Under the pieces are notes generated by a model, which was given only the letters and a program-made list of their open reading frames with translations, ran no database searches and was not told where the DNA came from. The translations under genes and the position numbers were made by a program. A stretch of DNA of 64,000 nucleotides from Marsupella aquatica. Taxonomy: Eukaryota; Plantae; Marchantiophyta. Positions 27,690-40,653 of the stretch are shown one piece after another (the stretch's first letter is position 1; the number at the start of each line of letters is the position of its first letter). The DNA lies in contig OZ316892.1 in the NCBI GenBank assembly GCA_973895155.1, positions 15,492,861 through 15,556,860 on the forward strand. Direction: 5' to 3'.

Positions 27690-30085
27690 TTATAATATTG
27701 GGCCATGAAAACCCCATGGTGGGGGGACCAGCAGACACAACCCTGAACCAACCAAAGGCAAACCCAACCAACTAACCTCTAAGCCCAGGCAAAAGTACCA
27801 ATGCAAGCCATTCACCATAGTCATTCATCCTAAGCAGCATTTAAACACCTGGCTGCCCATCTCATTTTAGCGTTACCCTTGGCAGAACCAAAAAAATGCA
27901 CCTGAGCTATTGGAGGCCTCAGCAGCACTACCCCAATGTAATCCAACAATCTCTATGTCGTATCCATACAATCCTCTCCCTATTTATTATTTCTTTCACT
28001 CTCAGCAGTCTAGTCCTTCTATTCCATTGGCAATGTAAGCACAACCGTAGCGACATGGTCAGCTGCCTTTGATAAAATGAAACAAATGTCAAATTTGCAA
28101 ACCCCTTTCGTTTTGAAACATGTGCTTGTTACGGCCCAACCATAGGGCCCACAGAATCTGGTACAATACAAACATCTTTAATATCTTCAGATACTCCTTC
28201 CCACACGCTGAGTCAATCATCCCCATCAGCCTCGCATTAGAGTCAACAAAGATACCTCCAAAGCACTGAACACAGAGTAACCAGCATTTATGTGCATGCA
28301 AACATCCCACAAACAGGTGTGGAATGGACTCAGAGGTACCAAGGCACAGCTTACACTCCCCATACCCTTGCCAATCTTCATCGCTTTCACCCCAGTGAAA
28401 AGCCCAGACGCCACAACCCTCCAAAGAAAGGTCTTAGCTTGCATTGATATGTTTGAGCCTTAGATCCCAACCCAACCCACTCTCCATTCATCCTTTGTCT
28501 TCACAATCCCGCACATCCTGTTCAGTCAGAGTTGATCCCTCACTTCTGGCCTGAGAAGCATATATGCTCTCTTATTCAGAATTTTGAATATTCTCAGCGG
28601 TGTTTTGTTGTCAATCCAGCACCAACATCCAGGTCCCGGTTCAAACCCCCATTTGCATTGTGTAATACTTGTCAGCATCACCATAAATCTTTGACCCAGT
28701 GTTAGATGTTTGCTTGTAAAGCCCCTTAGATCAATGTGTCCATCTCTCCATCATCGCTCTCCATCCACTTCCCCCGCTCCAACCATAGGTCCTGGATTCT
28801 CTTGAGGCCTAAGCGGCCACAAAGCACAGTCACAGCTACCATCTCATCTCTGCTCCACGACTGGGATCCTTTTGTACAGCGAAGCAAATCTCCAATCAAC
28901 CATCTGCCTGGTACTGTATCAGTTGGATAGAATATCAGATGTGCTCTCAACAATTTCCACACTTTCCAAAGCCCCCTATATATGCCACTCCATGCCATGC
29001 ACCTGGGCTGCATAGCAACATCTTGTCCCAAAATGTGTAACCATTTCTTGTAACCACTTTATAATTGGCCCATCCAATCAGATTTAGATTTTTAGCAAAC
29101 ATCTTGGCCCATTCTGAGTCAGGGTGGTCCATAGCACTGGTAAACCATTTTGAAAGTAACGCATCCGAGTGACTTTGGAAGTCCTTAAAACCCAGTCCCC
29201 CATCCACCTTGGGTCTCGAGATACGAGCCCAAGAGACCAGGGGCACCCTTCAACCCCCTTCATTGTTGTGTCCCCACGTACAGAAAGTCTTGACACAAAG
29301 TTGTCATCTTCCATGCCAGACTCATTGACGCTTTCATGAACATAGTATGGTTTATTGGTATTGTTAGTAAGATGTGCCTAACCAGAAGCGATCGCCCCAT
29401 AAAAGTTAGCATCTTATTGGACCAAGAAGACAATCTCTTGCCAATCTTATCTGAGCAGAAGCTAGGAAGCTATTTCGTCTTCAGATCAACACCCAATGGT
29501 GCCCCTAGATATTTTTGGAGCTCACCCCTAGCACTAATCACAGACCTTGTGTTATTCAGCCACTCAGATATAACCAACATTGCCAGCGGTATCACTATAG
29601 ATTTACGCAAATTTAGCCTAGCCCCAGTGGCCGCCTCATAGCACTAAATCACCGCCATTGCCCTCTAAAAGCTTCTTTCTATCATAGGGATGAACATCCC
29701 CAGATCATCCGCAAAGAATCTATAGCAAATAGTAAGTTGTTGGGATACATGAATCCCATCTAACCGTCCTACCCCAATTTCAGCATCCATATAACCCATT
29801 ACTTAAGGGTTGCATTGAAATGACAAAAAGGAGCGGCAATAGTGGGCAGCCTTGCTTTACCCCAGGTGCAAACCAATTTTCGTAGAGATCATCCGGTTCA
29901 CATAAACCCTCAAAGTTGCTTGCCTCGGTAACGCCAACACTAATTTGATGAATTCCCCACTTATTCCCAATAGATGCATAGTTTCCCATATATAGCTTTG
30001 ATCTACCCTATCAAAAGCCTTCTCAAAATCTAGTTTAACAAATAACACTTTGACTCTACGATTCTTCGCCCAATCAAACATTAAT
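27690..30085 (-). mobile_element. 5'-truncated, degenerate LINE (L1-like RT plus zf-RVT)
   Basis: KLDFEKAFDRV, GVKQGCPL.PLLF, FFADDLG, KYLGAP, VSWARISRPKVDGGLG, KTFLWR, C..C...ESIPHLFVGC. A T-rich tract near 27676-27690 is a possible poly(A) remnant. Confidence 0.9.
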
Positions 30086-30937
30086 TAGGCCACTTTCAAG
30101 AAATTTGGCTTGCTTTACCTCTGCGAGCCACTCTGAAAATCTTCTCTCCAGTTTGAGATTGCAAACCAACTTCAATGAGAGGAACAGGGCACGGCCTCTA
30201 CTGAAGGACGTACAAAACTTCACTTTTCAGATGCCATATCCTTTCCTCTCCACTCTCCTCTGAGTCTGCGTCAATCAATGGTAAGACATTGCTGGCCTCA
30301 AAGAGTGCCCACTCCCCAATCTCAACATCAAACCGACGAGCTAATTCATTGTCTGGTGTATGCCAAACAACACCATCAGTCGCAAGCACAACAACGTCTC
30401 CATTGTCTGGAAACGTGATCCTCACACGGCCAGCCATGATAAACACTTCAAGAAAGACTAATGTTGAGCACCACAAGAGTTCAAGTGGCATCTACCGACA
30501 GATTCCTTGTTCATGTAAGGGATTTAATTGCCTTTCCACGAGCATCAATTCCTCTTTGTTTCTCAAGAGTAGAGGAATTTTACGGTGCGAGCAAACATGA
30601 GTTTTTGCTAGCAAGGCAGCATTGTTAGCGAGGCACATTTTATGGTCAAACTCACAACACATTAATGGAAAAAACGACCAAATTTCACTGTTTTCCCTCT
30701 CTCAAAGTAATGAAAGTGTTATAACTATGGAAATTCATGCATGATTGTCATATGCATTCCATACTTGACTCTGCGCACAACGATATTGGAAAACAATAAC
30801 CGAATAGCAGGCACTTTCATGAGAACATGGTCATTCTTTATACATTGAAAGTATGGATATCCAAAAACCGGCACACAGAAAAAACTATAAGAGTCGATGG
30901 TAAGCAGTACAGCCAGTTTAACACTGAAGCTATTGCA

Positions 30938-33900
30938 TTAGTCATAAACCTCATCTTCTGAATCATCAGATATTGAACTTCTACTAGGATTGCTACTGGT
31001 CTCCCTCTCAGTAGACTCGGTAGACTCATCTAAATACTGGCTAACTATCCCTGCTTCATTGTCAATAAACCTTGAACAATCCAGATATCTACGAGCTCCT
31101 CTGATTGAGCGAAGCCCTTTCGCCTCCCAGGTCAAGACCACAGGAGCGTCATCAACCTCCTTCGCCGACTTCTCAGCATAGCACGGAAGAGTGAAAGGCT
31201 TCTCTGGAGTAACCACGATGGATTCCTCCACTTCCTTTCGAAGACAAAATCTCTCCTCATAAAACCAATCCACCCTCCTATCACTGAAGCAACCACCGGC
31301 ATCAGTTGAGGAAGAGCAACAAAATGAGTAAAACAAAAGAAACCAAATTGGGAGTCCGACACCAGAAGAGGCCAAGTACTTTACTCCAGGTCAAATTTGT
31401 CTTTCTCGCTTGAAGGTCCAGCCTGTTCATCTCCTGGTGTCGTGAACTCATCATCCGACCCAGCATCCTGATTACCCTTCTTTTCCTAATCTTTAATCAT
31501 CTTGGACTTGCTGGAGTGCCTCTCCAGAACGCTTGTTAAACCTTTCTGAGCACAAAAATGGAGAATGTCCCTGTCCTCAACACCAACAACAAACCGACTG
31601 GAGTATTCCCCTGCGGAAAATGAGCTTCCATCGCACACAGTCCAGTCAAGGACAATATCTCTCGGCTTCGTGAGGAACTCCATCACGGCTTGCATGAAGC
31701 CAATTGATAGCCTTTTTGATCCAGCAACGGCCGCTATTGGATAGGGGTCAATCTTTGGGTAACAAACGCTCAACATTGATTTATGCCTGGTATCTTCCAA
31801 AAACATCAAAGGAACATAGGCCCCTCTTTGGGAATTTTTGCATTAAATTCCACTCAACAGCAGATGTCCAAAATGAGAGTGCACACCTGAAGGAAGAATG
31901 ACATTCTATTAGAAAAGCCCAGAAACTTTGTTAGCGAGATCGCTCGCATTAATTTGAAGATGGAAATGAACCTTTTTTGAATTGAAAATGATAAGATGTT
32001 TGTTAGCGACATCGATCGCTAGCATAAACCCCATCAAAAATAGCTCAGTAATATGTACCTCAATATCCATATCGGCTCTCCATAAAGGAGTGGATAATAA
32101 AACTGTATATTGTTGTACGTGTTTGAATTTGTTTTATTGCTTGACCGCAGTAAATATTTGCCGCATGTGATTGAAATCCAAGCTATGAAGCACAGCCACA
32201 TATCCTTCGTCCGAAAGCATGGGTCTCATGACTCCAAAAAAGTAATAAGGCAACTTCTCGCTCCACACATTCCAGGGCGGGACCTCTTTGTCTGTAACGC
32301 GTGTTCTATGCCCTGTTGGAAGAGAAATGAATCCCAAATGTGCTCCAATCCCAGCATATGGCTTGCCGTTAATGATGACAGGGTTTGGGCATTCAACGCT
32401 CTTGGACATCCCAGCAATCCATCGATCTCCATCTCCCATCCAAGATGGCCTTACTTTACGCTGATAGAATTCGCAGTGTTGGTTAAATTACTGCGAGCAA
32501 GGAAATGTCTCTGGCCATCCATCTTCAACCCACACATCCAAGCGACGCCTTGAGCAACTGAAACTTCATCATCAAAATCCGACGGAATCTGGACATTCCT
32601 CTTTTGTTTCAGACGCTTTATACTTCCCAAATCCACTACGCTCTTTGTTGTTACTTCGACATCTGGGGACTGAGGTTCCTCTCCATCATCTGCCCCACTC
32701 TTCAAACTCTCAGAAGCAATACCCTTCCTCCTCTCTGTCAAAAAATAGCTATTAGAATTTGTCTCTTCATAAACACATAAGATCGTGAAAGGAAAATGAA
32801 ACGAAACATTGACACACTTACTTGGCTTTCCTGATATTTGGGACCCATCTTTAGATGTGTCTTTCACTGCACCTTTCCTTGGCTTTCGAGACCGACTCCT
32901 ATCCACTATTGCAGCTACACCAAGACAAGCCTTTTCCATAGCCTCGCAACCACCAACTTCAGCGTTAGTGGGTGCCAATTTGAACTCCGAGATGTAAGAC
33001 TCCGGAAGGAATCCACGATTGATCATATGAAGAGCGGCTTTCTCTGCAGTGTCGAAGGTGACAGACCACTTGTCTGAGTCCAAATACCATGGACAGTGAA
33101 GAATCTCCCACTTGCTCATTCTCCTCAGAGCCTCACATCCCTCGCAAGAAAACATAGAATAATCCCCAAATTTGTCACCTGTAGGATCCTCTTTAACTCC
33201 TGCAATCCATGGGGAGAAGCAAGTTGGGTAGGACCACCAGTAGAATTTGTCTGCTACTTCTCTGTCTACAAAAAATTGATACGTGTATCTCTTTGCTCTC
33301 CTTCGGAACAATGCAATCTCGATCTTCTCTCGTGTCTTGGGAGGCCAAATCTGCTTGAAGAAACGAGTCTTCACATGAGTTTGAAAATCCTCAAAATCCT
33401 CCTCAATGTCAAGGATGAGCGAAGCTTTGGTCTTTTCTGAAGAACTAAGGATCCGGGACTCTAGGATAGTAGACATAACCTCAGACACAATTTCAGACAT
33501 GAGGGAAGACGCAATTGACTCGACTTGCTCCCGCACTGCCCAACGGTGAAGCCAAAGCTTCGTTTCACTATCTAAAAATTGACTAGGATGAAAGAACTTC
33601 TTTTGAAGCTTTGGACGACACTGCACTTCCAGGAGTGTACATCGGAGTTCTGGGGATAAGGATGTCACCCCTGTGAACAACCAAGCTCAATCAAGACCAC
33701 AAGAAACATTTCCTCGTCCTTTGTCATCAGTTCTCTGGGCCTCCTTTCTCTCATTCTCGTAGTAGTTATGCATTTCTACACATTTCTTGAAAAAGTCTCC
33801 AAATTCTGGATTCATTAATGGACCGATCTTAGGAACTTTCACATTCCAATCAGCCAATTGCTCCTTCATCATCTCCCGCATTGCTGAGTCCTGTGAGGCC

Positions 33901-34977
33901 TTCGACAGGGGCTCCCCTTGAGCTTCCTTCAAAGCAAAGTTTTTCTTGAGGTCTTCCTTCTGAGATGCAATGTTAGCAGCGGATAGAATATAAGTGCAGG
34001 CATCCAGCATCATGTTCTTGGAATACCAAGCTGCCTTCCGCACGTTTGCCATCTTCTATTGGAAAAGTTTGTAATTCTCAGCATCGATGATATCCTTGTA
34101 AACTGACAAGTCGTTGTTCAGAATCTTCTGGACCCGTTCGGCCTCCAAAACCCAGGAGTTTTCAACATGACATTGTGTCAACCTGCCAGAGAATTTTCAT
34201 GTTAGCGAGATCGCTATTAGAAAGTGATTAACTGAAACACAAATTTCAGGAAAATGTTATACTTAGAAATTGCACCTATTCAATGCGTGCATTGCTGACT
34301 CGATCTGAACAAATGAGTTTTTATCACCCTTAAAAATCTTGCAAACAACTCATGGATGGTACTTAATATCTTCCGGATGCTCTTCTGCAAGTTGAGTACA
34401 AGAATACAGTCGATGGTTTCCATCAAAAACAAAGAACATCTTGTCTTTGAGGACGTGGAAAGATACATGGGAATCACAGTCGCGTTCGAACTCCTCGTTC
34501 TGCAGCACCCAAATGTCATCCCAAGTTTTGCGGATCGCATCAGTACACAATTGGAGCTCTCCATCCTTGTTGGTCATCTGTACGTAAAACCGAGGCGCAT
34601 CTTCAATGTAACCCTGGGTCCTGAACTCGGACTTCAGTGTGTCTATTGCAGTTGAATCCTTTTGCAGAGATCGAACAATTTGCATGTTCCTTATCCTGCA
34701 GAGAGGAATTCGAGGGGGAGCCAAAGAAAAACCAAACTCATTCACTCCGAAAGAGTAAAGATGACGGTTTATAACAACAGTATAAGATTCTGAAGCGCTC
34801 GGATCGAACACCGGTGCCACAACATCTACTGCTGTCACCATCTTGGGTCATGGAGTCTTCAATCTCGATGCTAGCACCTTCTTGTTCGCTATAGACCTTG
34901 TTTCTCTTCTAGTCGACTCCCTAGACTGGAACAATCCTCTGGAAGAAATACTCTTTGGAGACAACAATGACTCCATG
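30938..34977 (-). pseudogene. Multi-exon gene: N-terminal ParB/Srx-like domain and C-terminal beta-class N4C/N6A DNA methyltransferase-like domain; several stops and frameshifts
   Basis: FFVFDGNHRL (ParB-type DGxHR); AHLGFISLPTG..MRPMLSDEGYVAV (degenerate motif IV and R.L.pgG); MEFLTKPRDIVLDWTVCDGSSFSAGEYSSRFVVGVE (resembles T.pGD.VLDPF.GSGTT..AA...R..iG.E). Apparent introns at ~34184-34275, ~32737-32816 and ~31888-32057. Confidence 0.6.
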
Positions 34978-35558
34978 AAATAAAACCCTTTGCCAAAGAG
35001 TGTACTTTGCTGAAGAGTGTTCCTGTCCAGAGGATGCAACCCCAGCACGAGTGACAAATGTCAACAACAATCAGTACCGGACAGTCGTACAGACTGTTAC
35101 AAAGACCAGTTGAAGCCTAAAGAGGTACAGTCATGAATACAAAAGACGATGTTGAGTCCGAGGAAGGAATTACAGAAATCTCTTGGCAGAGATCACTAGT
35201 TGTACTTTTGGGAAAATGCAAAGAACAACTCTCACGGCCGGGAGTATGTAATCCATACAAAATAGGACAGGTGTCGGTCGTAGTTTGTACCGTTGACATT
35301 TTGGTACCCGTTGACTATTATCAACGAAATTCCAACGGTAAAATTGGAGACTATTGAAATTACTTTTTGGCTAGCGAGATCCCTGGCCTGAAATCCGTAG
35401 TCTATATCTACATAAAATCTAGGAAAATCTTTATAAATATATCCATAAAGCGTGTCATTATATGCTAGCGATCTTGCTAGCATGAGGACTTCGACGATAC
35501 AAGTAGTAAAAGACAAAACAATGATGACATCAACGGAAACTCTCTGACAATTTGGTCG

Positions 35559-38500
35559 ATGGGTTGTTTCCGTTGGGATGAAATGAGATTAAAGCTTCAT
35601 CATAAGGGTCATGTTGACGATCCTAAGCATAGTCATCTTCTTTTGTTGTCATCTAAAATTTTGTTTGGGATGATTGAGATGGCTTGCAAAGTCGTTTTGG
35701 AGCGTAGAATGATGAGAGATGTAGTTGTGCTTCCTAGCACACCAGGTTCATCGGAGGTGACAGTGATAGAGTCATTCCTTACAACTCGGTTTGGACTTCT
35801 AGATGGTGATATCATTTGCAAGTTGTTTGAGTTGTATTGTCAAAATGGAACACGTAGGACTCACGAGTTGAGAGAAGAGAGTAGTACTTCCAACAGGGTT
35901 TGGAAATTGAAGGTTGGATCTCATGTAGAGGTTGTGTCGAGTAAAGATGACATTCCTGAAATCATTCTGGACCATGTGGATTCTCCTCCTGAAGAAGAGA
36001 CTACTCGTGTGATCGATCTGGAAACGCCTACAAAAGAAATGGCCCCAGATATCATTGAAATATCTCTCGATAGTCTAAGGGAGGACACATCTTGTGGATC
36101 AGCCAAGTCAGGAGGTGTTTCGGAACCCGGAAGATTGGTCAAGAAAATGGATGTGCTTACCATGCCAATAGTGTATCGGATGAGTGCTTATGACGCTTTC
36201 CTCAATATAAGTGGCGCGAGTGAACTTGCATAATTTTGAAGAGGGAATCAGTGGAAGGAATGCCAGGTTCCTAGTCTGTCATCGACATACAATGGTAACG
36301 TTGTTTTTGAACTTCCTCCCATCGAAGGGTCCGAACGCGGAGGAGGTCTTCAAGATATGGATCGAGAGAACGACGGCTATCCGTGGACTCGACTTGTCAC
36401 TACATCTGCAAACCTGAAGCCAAGGTTCCATTGGTCTGTCTCGAAAGTCTGATGTGCTGGAATACTTGAATGCCAGAATTTGGGATGTCGGAAGTTCAAG
36501 CATACGAATGAGAAAAATGCTTGCTCGTTTAGAGGGAAAGGGTTACTGACTGACATCTTCCATCTTGGGGAGCACGTGAGTGAGGGTGGCATAGTCTTTG
36601 GATTTTGTGAAGAGCGACCGCTTTGTATTCAAAATTGTCCGGCAAAACTATTGTACGTGTACCATAAGCCAGGTTTGGAGAGTCACATTTCAATTCATAT
36701 GTCCAGGTTGGCTGTGCATATGGGATTCCATGACCATCCGATTTGGAAGGGGAAATCTCGTTCAGCGAGAAAGACTGCGGAAGATGTCATTTTAGGGGTC
36801 CATAGATTGAATCCAGTATCAACTTCAACACGTGTGAGATACCAATCCATTGGCAGCCTTGTCTCACTTTTGCATCCAGAATCATCATCTCAGTTGTCAA
36901 GAGAAGAACAGATGGAAATCTGGAGTTCCATAGGTGTGGTTTCCACTGCTCCCAAGTTCCAAGCTATACTCCGGAGTATCAAGATGGATAATCCCAAAAA
37001 AGGAGAACTTGATGCCCTTCGTGAAATGCAGTCAAGGAATATTTTCCTTTTGTGCAAAGGTACCTTTTTTCTGGTCAAGGGAATAAGAATGATCAAGCGC
37101 ATGTATTCAAAATGAGTACAAATGGACCTGGATCTGGTGTGGACATTTTGAGGAGCATGGAGTCTGGAGGAGTTTTGGAAGGTGCTTGGGTCAATTTTGA
37201 CGTGATGCATCGCATCACTACTAGATGGTTGACATTCAGTGCACATGTTTATGACCACAATTACCGGGCTCTGTGTACAATTTTTACTTGTGAGTTGAGA
37301 GCCGAAGACACCGAGTCCCTTGAAACTGCATGGCGATTGATGGTAGATGTGGCATCGGAGAATGGAGGATTCATAGCTGACAATGCAGAGGCTGGTTGGA
37401 TTGTTGTACGACGAGTTTTTTGGTGGTGTTCGAAATCCTATGAAAGAGCACAACGATGCTTTCCATTTTTCTCAGTCCCTAAGGAGACACACATTGGATG
37501 GCATCAAGGAGGGGTGTCATGCAGAGCATTATAAGATGTGGGAGAAGTTAAGGATTGCCCCAACTTACGTCGAAGCGTATAGAATTGCAAACGACATTCA
37601 AAATGGTGGAAAGAAGGGAATTGTCATCCTTCAAAGCTCAAATCCCTTCAAGGTTGGATTTCATGGTGGGTTGTGCGATGGAGACAATGGGGCAATTTTA
37701 TTTGAGTGGTAAGTTTTATCCATCATTTATGATCCATTTAAGCCAGCGAGATCGCTAGCCTAAATATCATTGTTTAACCCTGGCTAGTCTGTAACTAGTG
37801 TGCTTTCTGCTAGCGAGGTCGCTAGCCTAAATACATTGACTAACATTGATTCTGTGGCAAACACAAACTGCAAAAGAGTATGCCTTGATGCCAAACTGCG
37901 CGGGATCTAAATCTTCTCATGCTTCAATGCGATCCTGCCAACCAAAGAAGAGATTTGGTTTGATGGAAGCATGTGAAGTTGATCAAAATCGAGCAGTTGG
38001 ACAGATTGCCGCGTTCACTGCGTATATGGAAGGATGTCATCGTGGTAATGGTCCTACAATATTTGAGCTGGCCTATCGCAATGCAGATACTATGGGATCA
38101 TTGGATGCCTACGAGAAGGCATCCAATCTACTATTTGAATCCTCTGGAAAGTATGAGTTCTATAGAACAGAGCCTTTACATGGGGATATTCGGACAATGT
38201 CAGGAAAACGGAAGGGTAATGCTTCCGCGTCTATTCATGAGAATGATTCTCATCAACATGATAAAATATTGCGTATAGTGACATCTCCGTCAAGCTTGAA
38301 AAGAAGGAATCTGTACGCTGAATTCAGTAGTTTCAGAAGTGGTTCTGACCTTGGGGGACCGTCGTGTATTCCTGATAATGAAAACAGTCCCACTCGCAAG
38401 ACAGATGCTCTCCCTCGTGAAGTTACCAATATCTCAGATGATGGTGAAGAACAAAGCCTTGGAACAGATGTAGAAGGGACACTGATTACAAATGATGTTG

Positions 38501-39453
38501 GAGAAATACCATCTCCTCAAAATAGTCAGGATTGAATTCGGGATGCCCCCCGAAGGATCCCTTTTATTGAAGAGGTTGATATTTCGTACGGGACCTGGCA
38601 TTTAAGATGAAGTGGGAAAGGGAGTGGACCTGTGTGCAACGGACTAGTGGATCGGAGTGTCTTTGGTAGAGAAGAATGTCGTAATCTGATCAAGGAAACT
38701 GGATATAAAGCGTTACGGACTGGAGTTGTTGGTGTGGCCATTCACGGATTGAGGTTATCCTCCCCACATCGTCAGCTTCTATATTTCTGTCCAAATAATA
38801 AGTGCCATAAAACAGGTGGAAGAAGGACTCTTGCCCAGCTCCCGCAACCACCTGAGGCACTACAAGTCCAACGAGGAACTAGGCTGACCCTTGAAGAGAT
38901 TGATTTTCTCCTTCAAAATGGCTTTCAAATGATAGGGTTGTCATACTTTGATGCGACGCCAATCAGGTCATTCTCTCCTGCAAGTCGTCTTGACCTCCGA
39001 ATTGATGTGAACGCCTTCCCCGAAAGGGTTGACATTGCTTATTCAAATCGTCGATTGAAGACTCAGAATGGGAAAGGCGTTCGACAACATTTCCAGAACA
39101 CCCCTGAGCTTCTTAAATGCATTCGATCTGCAATTGTCGAACAGATGAGAGTCATTGGAAGTGACAAGATTTGCACAAGAAATGGATGGGGATGGCAATA
39201 TTTCATCGCTACTCACGAGAGTGACTCTAGAATTGCACACAACTACTGGGTTCAAGTGTGCTGCTTCCCTTGTTGCTCTTGTGATGACTTCTACAAGAGG
39301 CACACGCGAGGAAGACCCTACATGTCTTGTAAACATCTCCTCTGGGTGTACTTAAATAAGCTTTCGCTTAATCTAGAGAGAGACGATCTTGTGAAACAAC
39401 CAATTCTGACTGTTGGTGAACTGAGGAGTTTGATTCTGTTACACAGTAGTTGA
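35559..39453 (+). pseudogene. Mutator-like transposase with GCM/WRKY-like Zn domain, MULE DDE core and C-terminal SWIM finger; disrupted
   Basis: DGYPW..CAGILECQNLGC..CPAK..GFHDHP; NFDVMHR..GFIADNAEA..VF..DAFHFSQS; PCCSCDDF..SCKHLLWVY (CxCxnCxH). Intron donor GTAAGT at 37709. Confidence 0.75.
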
Positions 39454-40653
39454 GTCCATCACTTACATCCGTTAAGGTGGACGTTTAAGAGTACCTGTTT
39501 TTGTCGCATTCCAGGTTTCAAAACCTGAACAATGGACACTTTCCGAGTAATAAGAATGCTGATGGTATGTTAGCAAGGATCTTGTATATTAAGTGTGGGT
39601 CCTAAATGTTGCCTATTTTAACTAGCAATGTTGCTAACAATTAACAACACATATAAAGATGTAATTCGACCAAACTTCTGTGAAAGTTTAACATACACGG
39701 AGTGATTGCATGCCATCCACAACAAAAATCACTCAAGTACCGGTAGGCAATATTTACTAGCGATCTCGCTAGCAAGGTATGCACTCATGATATTGAAAAA
39801 ACTTTCAAAGCTTTATTCAGATATGCGTCCAATCTTTATCAAAACATCTGTAACTGACAAAATGTCCGTGTCCTACCGATCATTTCATTGAAAGGTCACG
39901 GACTTGACAGAGACTAACTGTAAAACTACGGGGGTTTGCAATGCGGAGTGATTGTCTAGGGTACTATTCATGGAGATGTTGCCTTGTAGGCGTCTAAACC
40001 TGTGTCCGAATCCGTATCATAATTGGACAAAGCTAGGATGTCGGATGTCCAGTAGTTGTGTATGTCGATGTCCCTCTAGTAAGACTCCTCCTCCTCTCTC
40101 TTCAGCTTCTCTGAAACTCCCTTAGAAATGGATACGTTTGTGCGAGAAGACATTGGTGCTCTAGAAACAACGCTTGAAGTTGTTTCCTTCGACGGTGCAG
40201 GTCGTTGAGTTGAAGCACAGACAACAGGCGGGACCCGACTGGATGATGATCCAGTCTTGAGCGGAGGGGGTATACTCTTCCTTGCCGGAGGAGAGCTTGG
40301 TGGCGAGTCCACTGGGCCATCAGTTTTGGCGTTGTAGCGGCGGACCTCCAGAACCCATTTGGCTTTTGGAGCGGAAGAGTCATCGTTCTTTGCCATTTCT
40401 GTCTGTAACAAACGCTACTGTGTATCAGATTACTTTCTCAACATGTGTTTACCAAATAGAAACAGTCACCTTCAAAACATCCAAGCTCATCGAGTCAAAA
40501 CGTGCAAAACTACGAGAAGGAAAATAGAACTGGGAAAACCAAACTTTCTCATTAACAATAACGCTACTTGCTGTGAAGAGGTCTCCCGGTGTCAAACTTA
40601 CATCTCCTTGTGCGACAAAAACTTTGCGAGAATGCGACACTCTCAAGAATACC

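Noticed and set aside
30198-30491. 97-aa minus ORF between the LINE and the Mutator-like element
   Set aside because: No recognisable motif; cannot be assigned.
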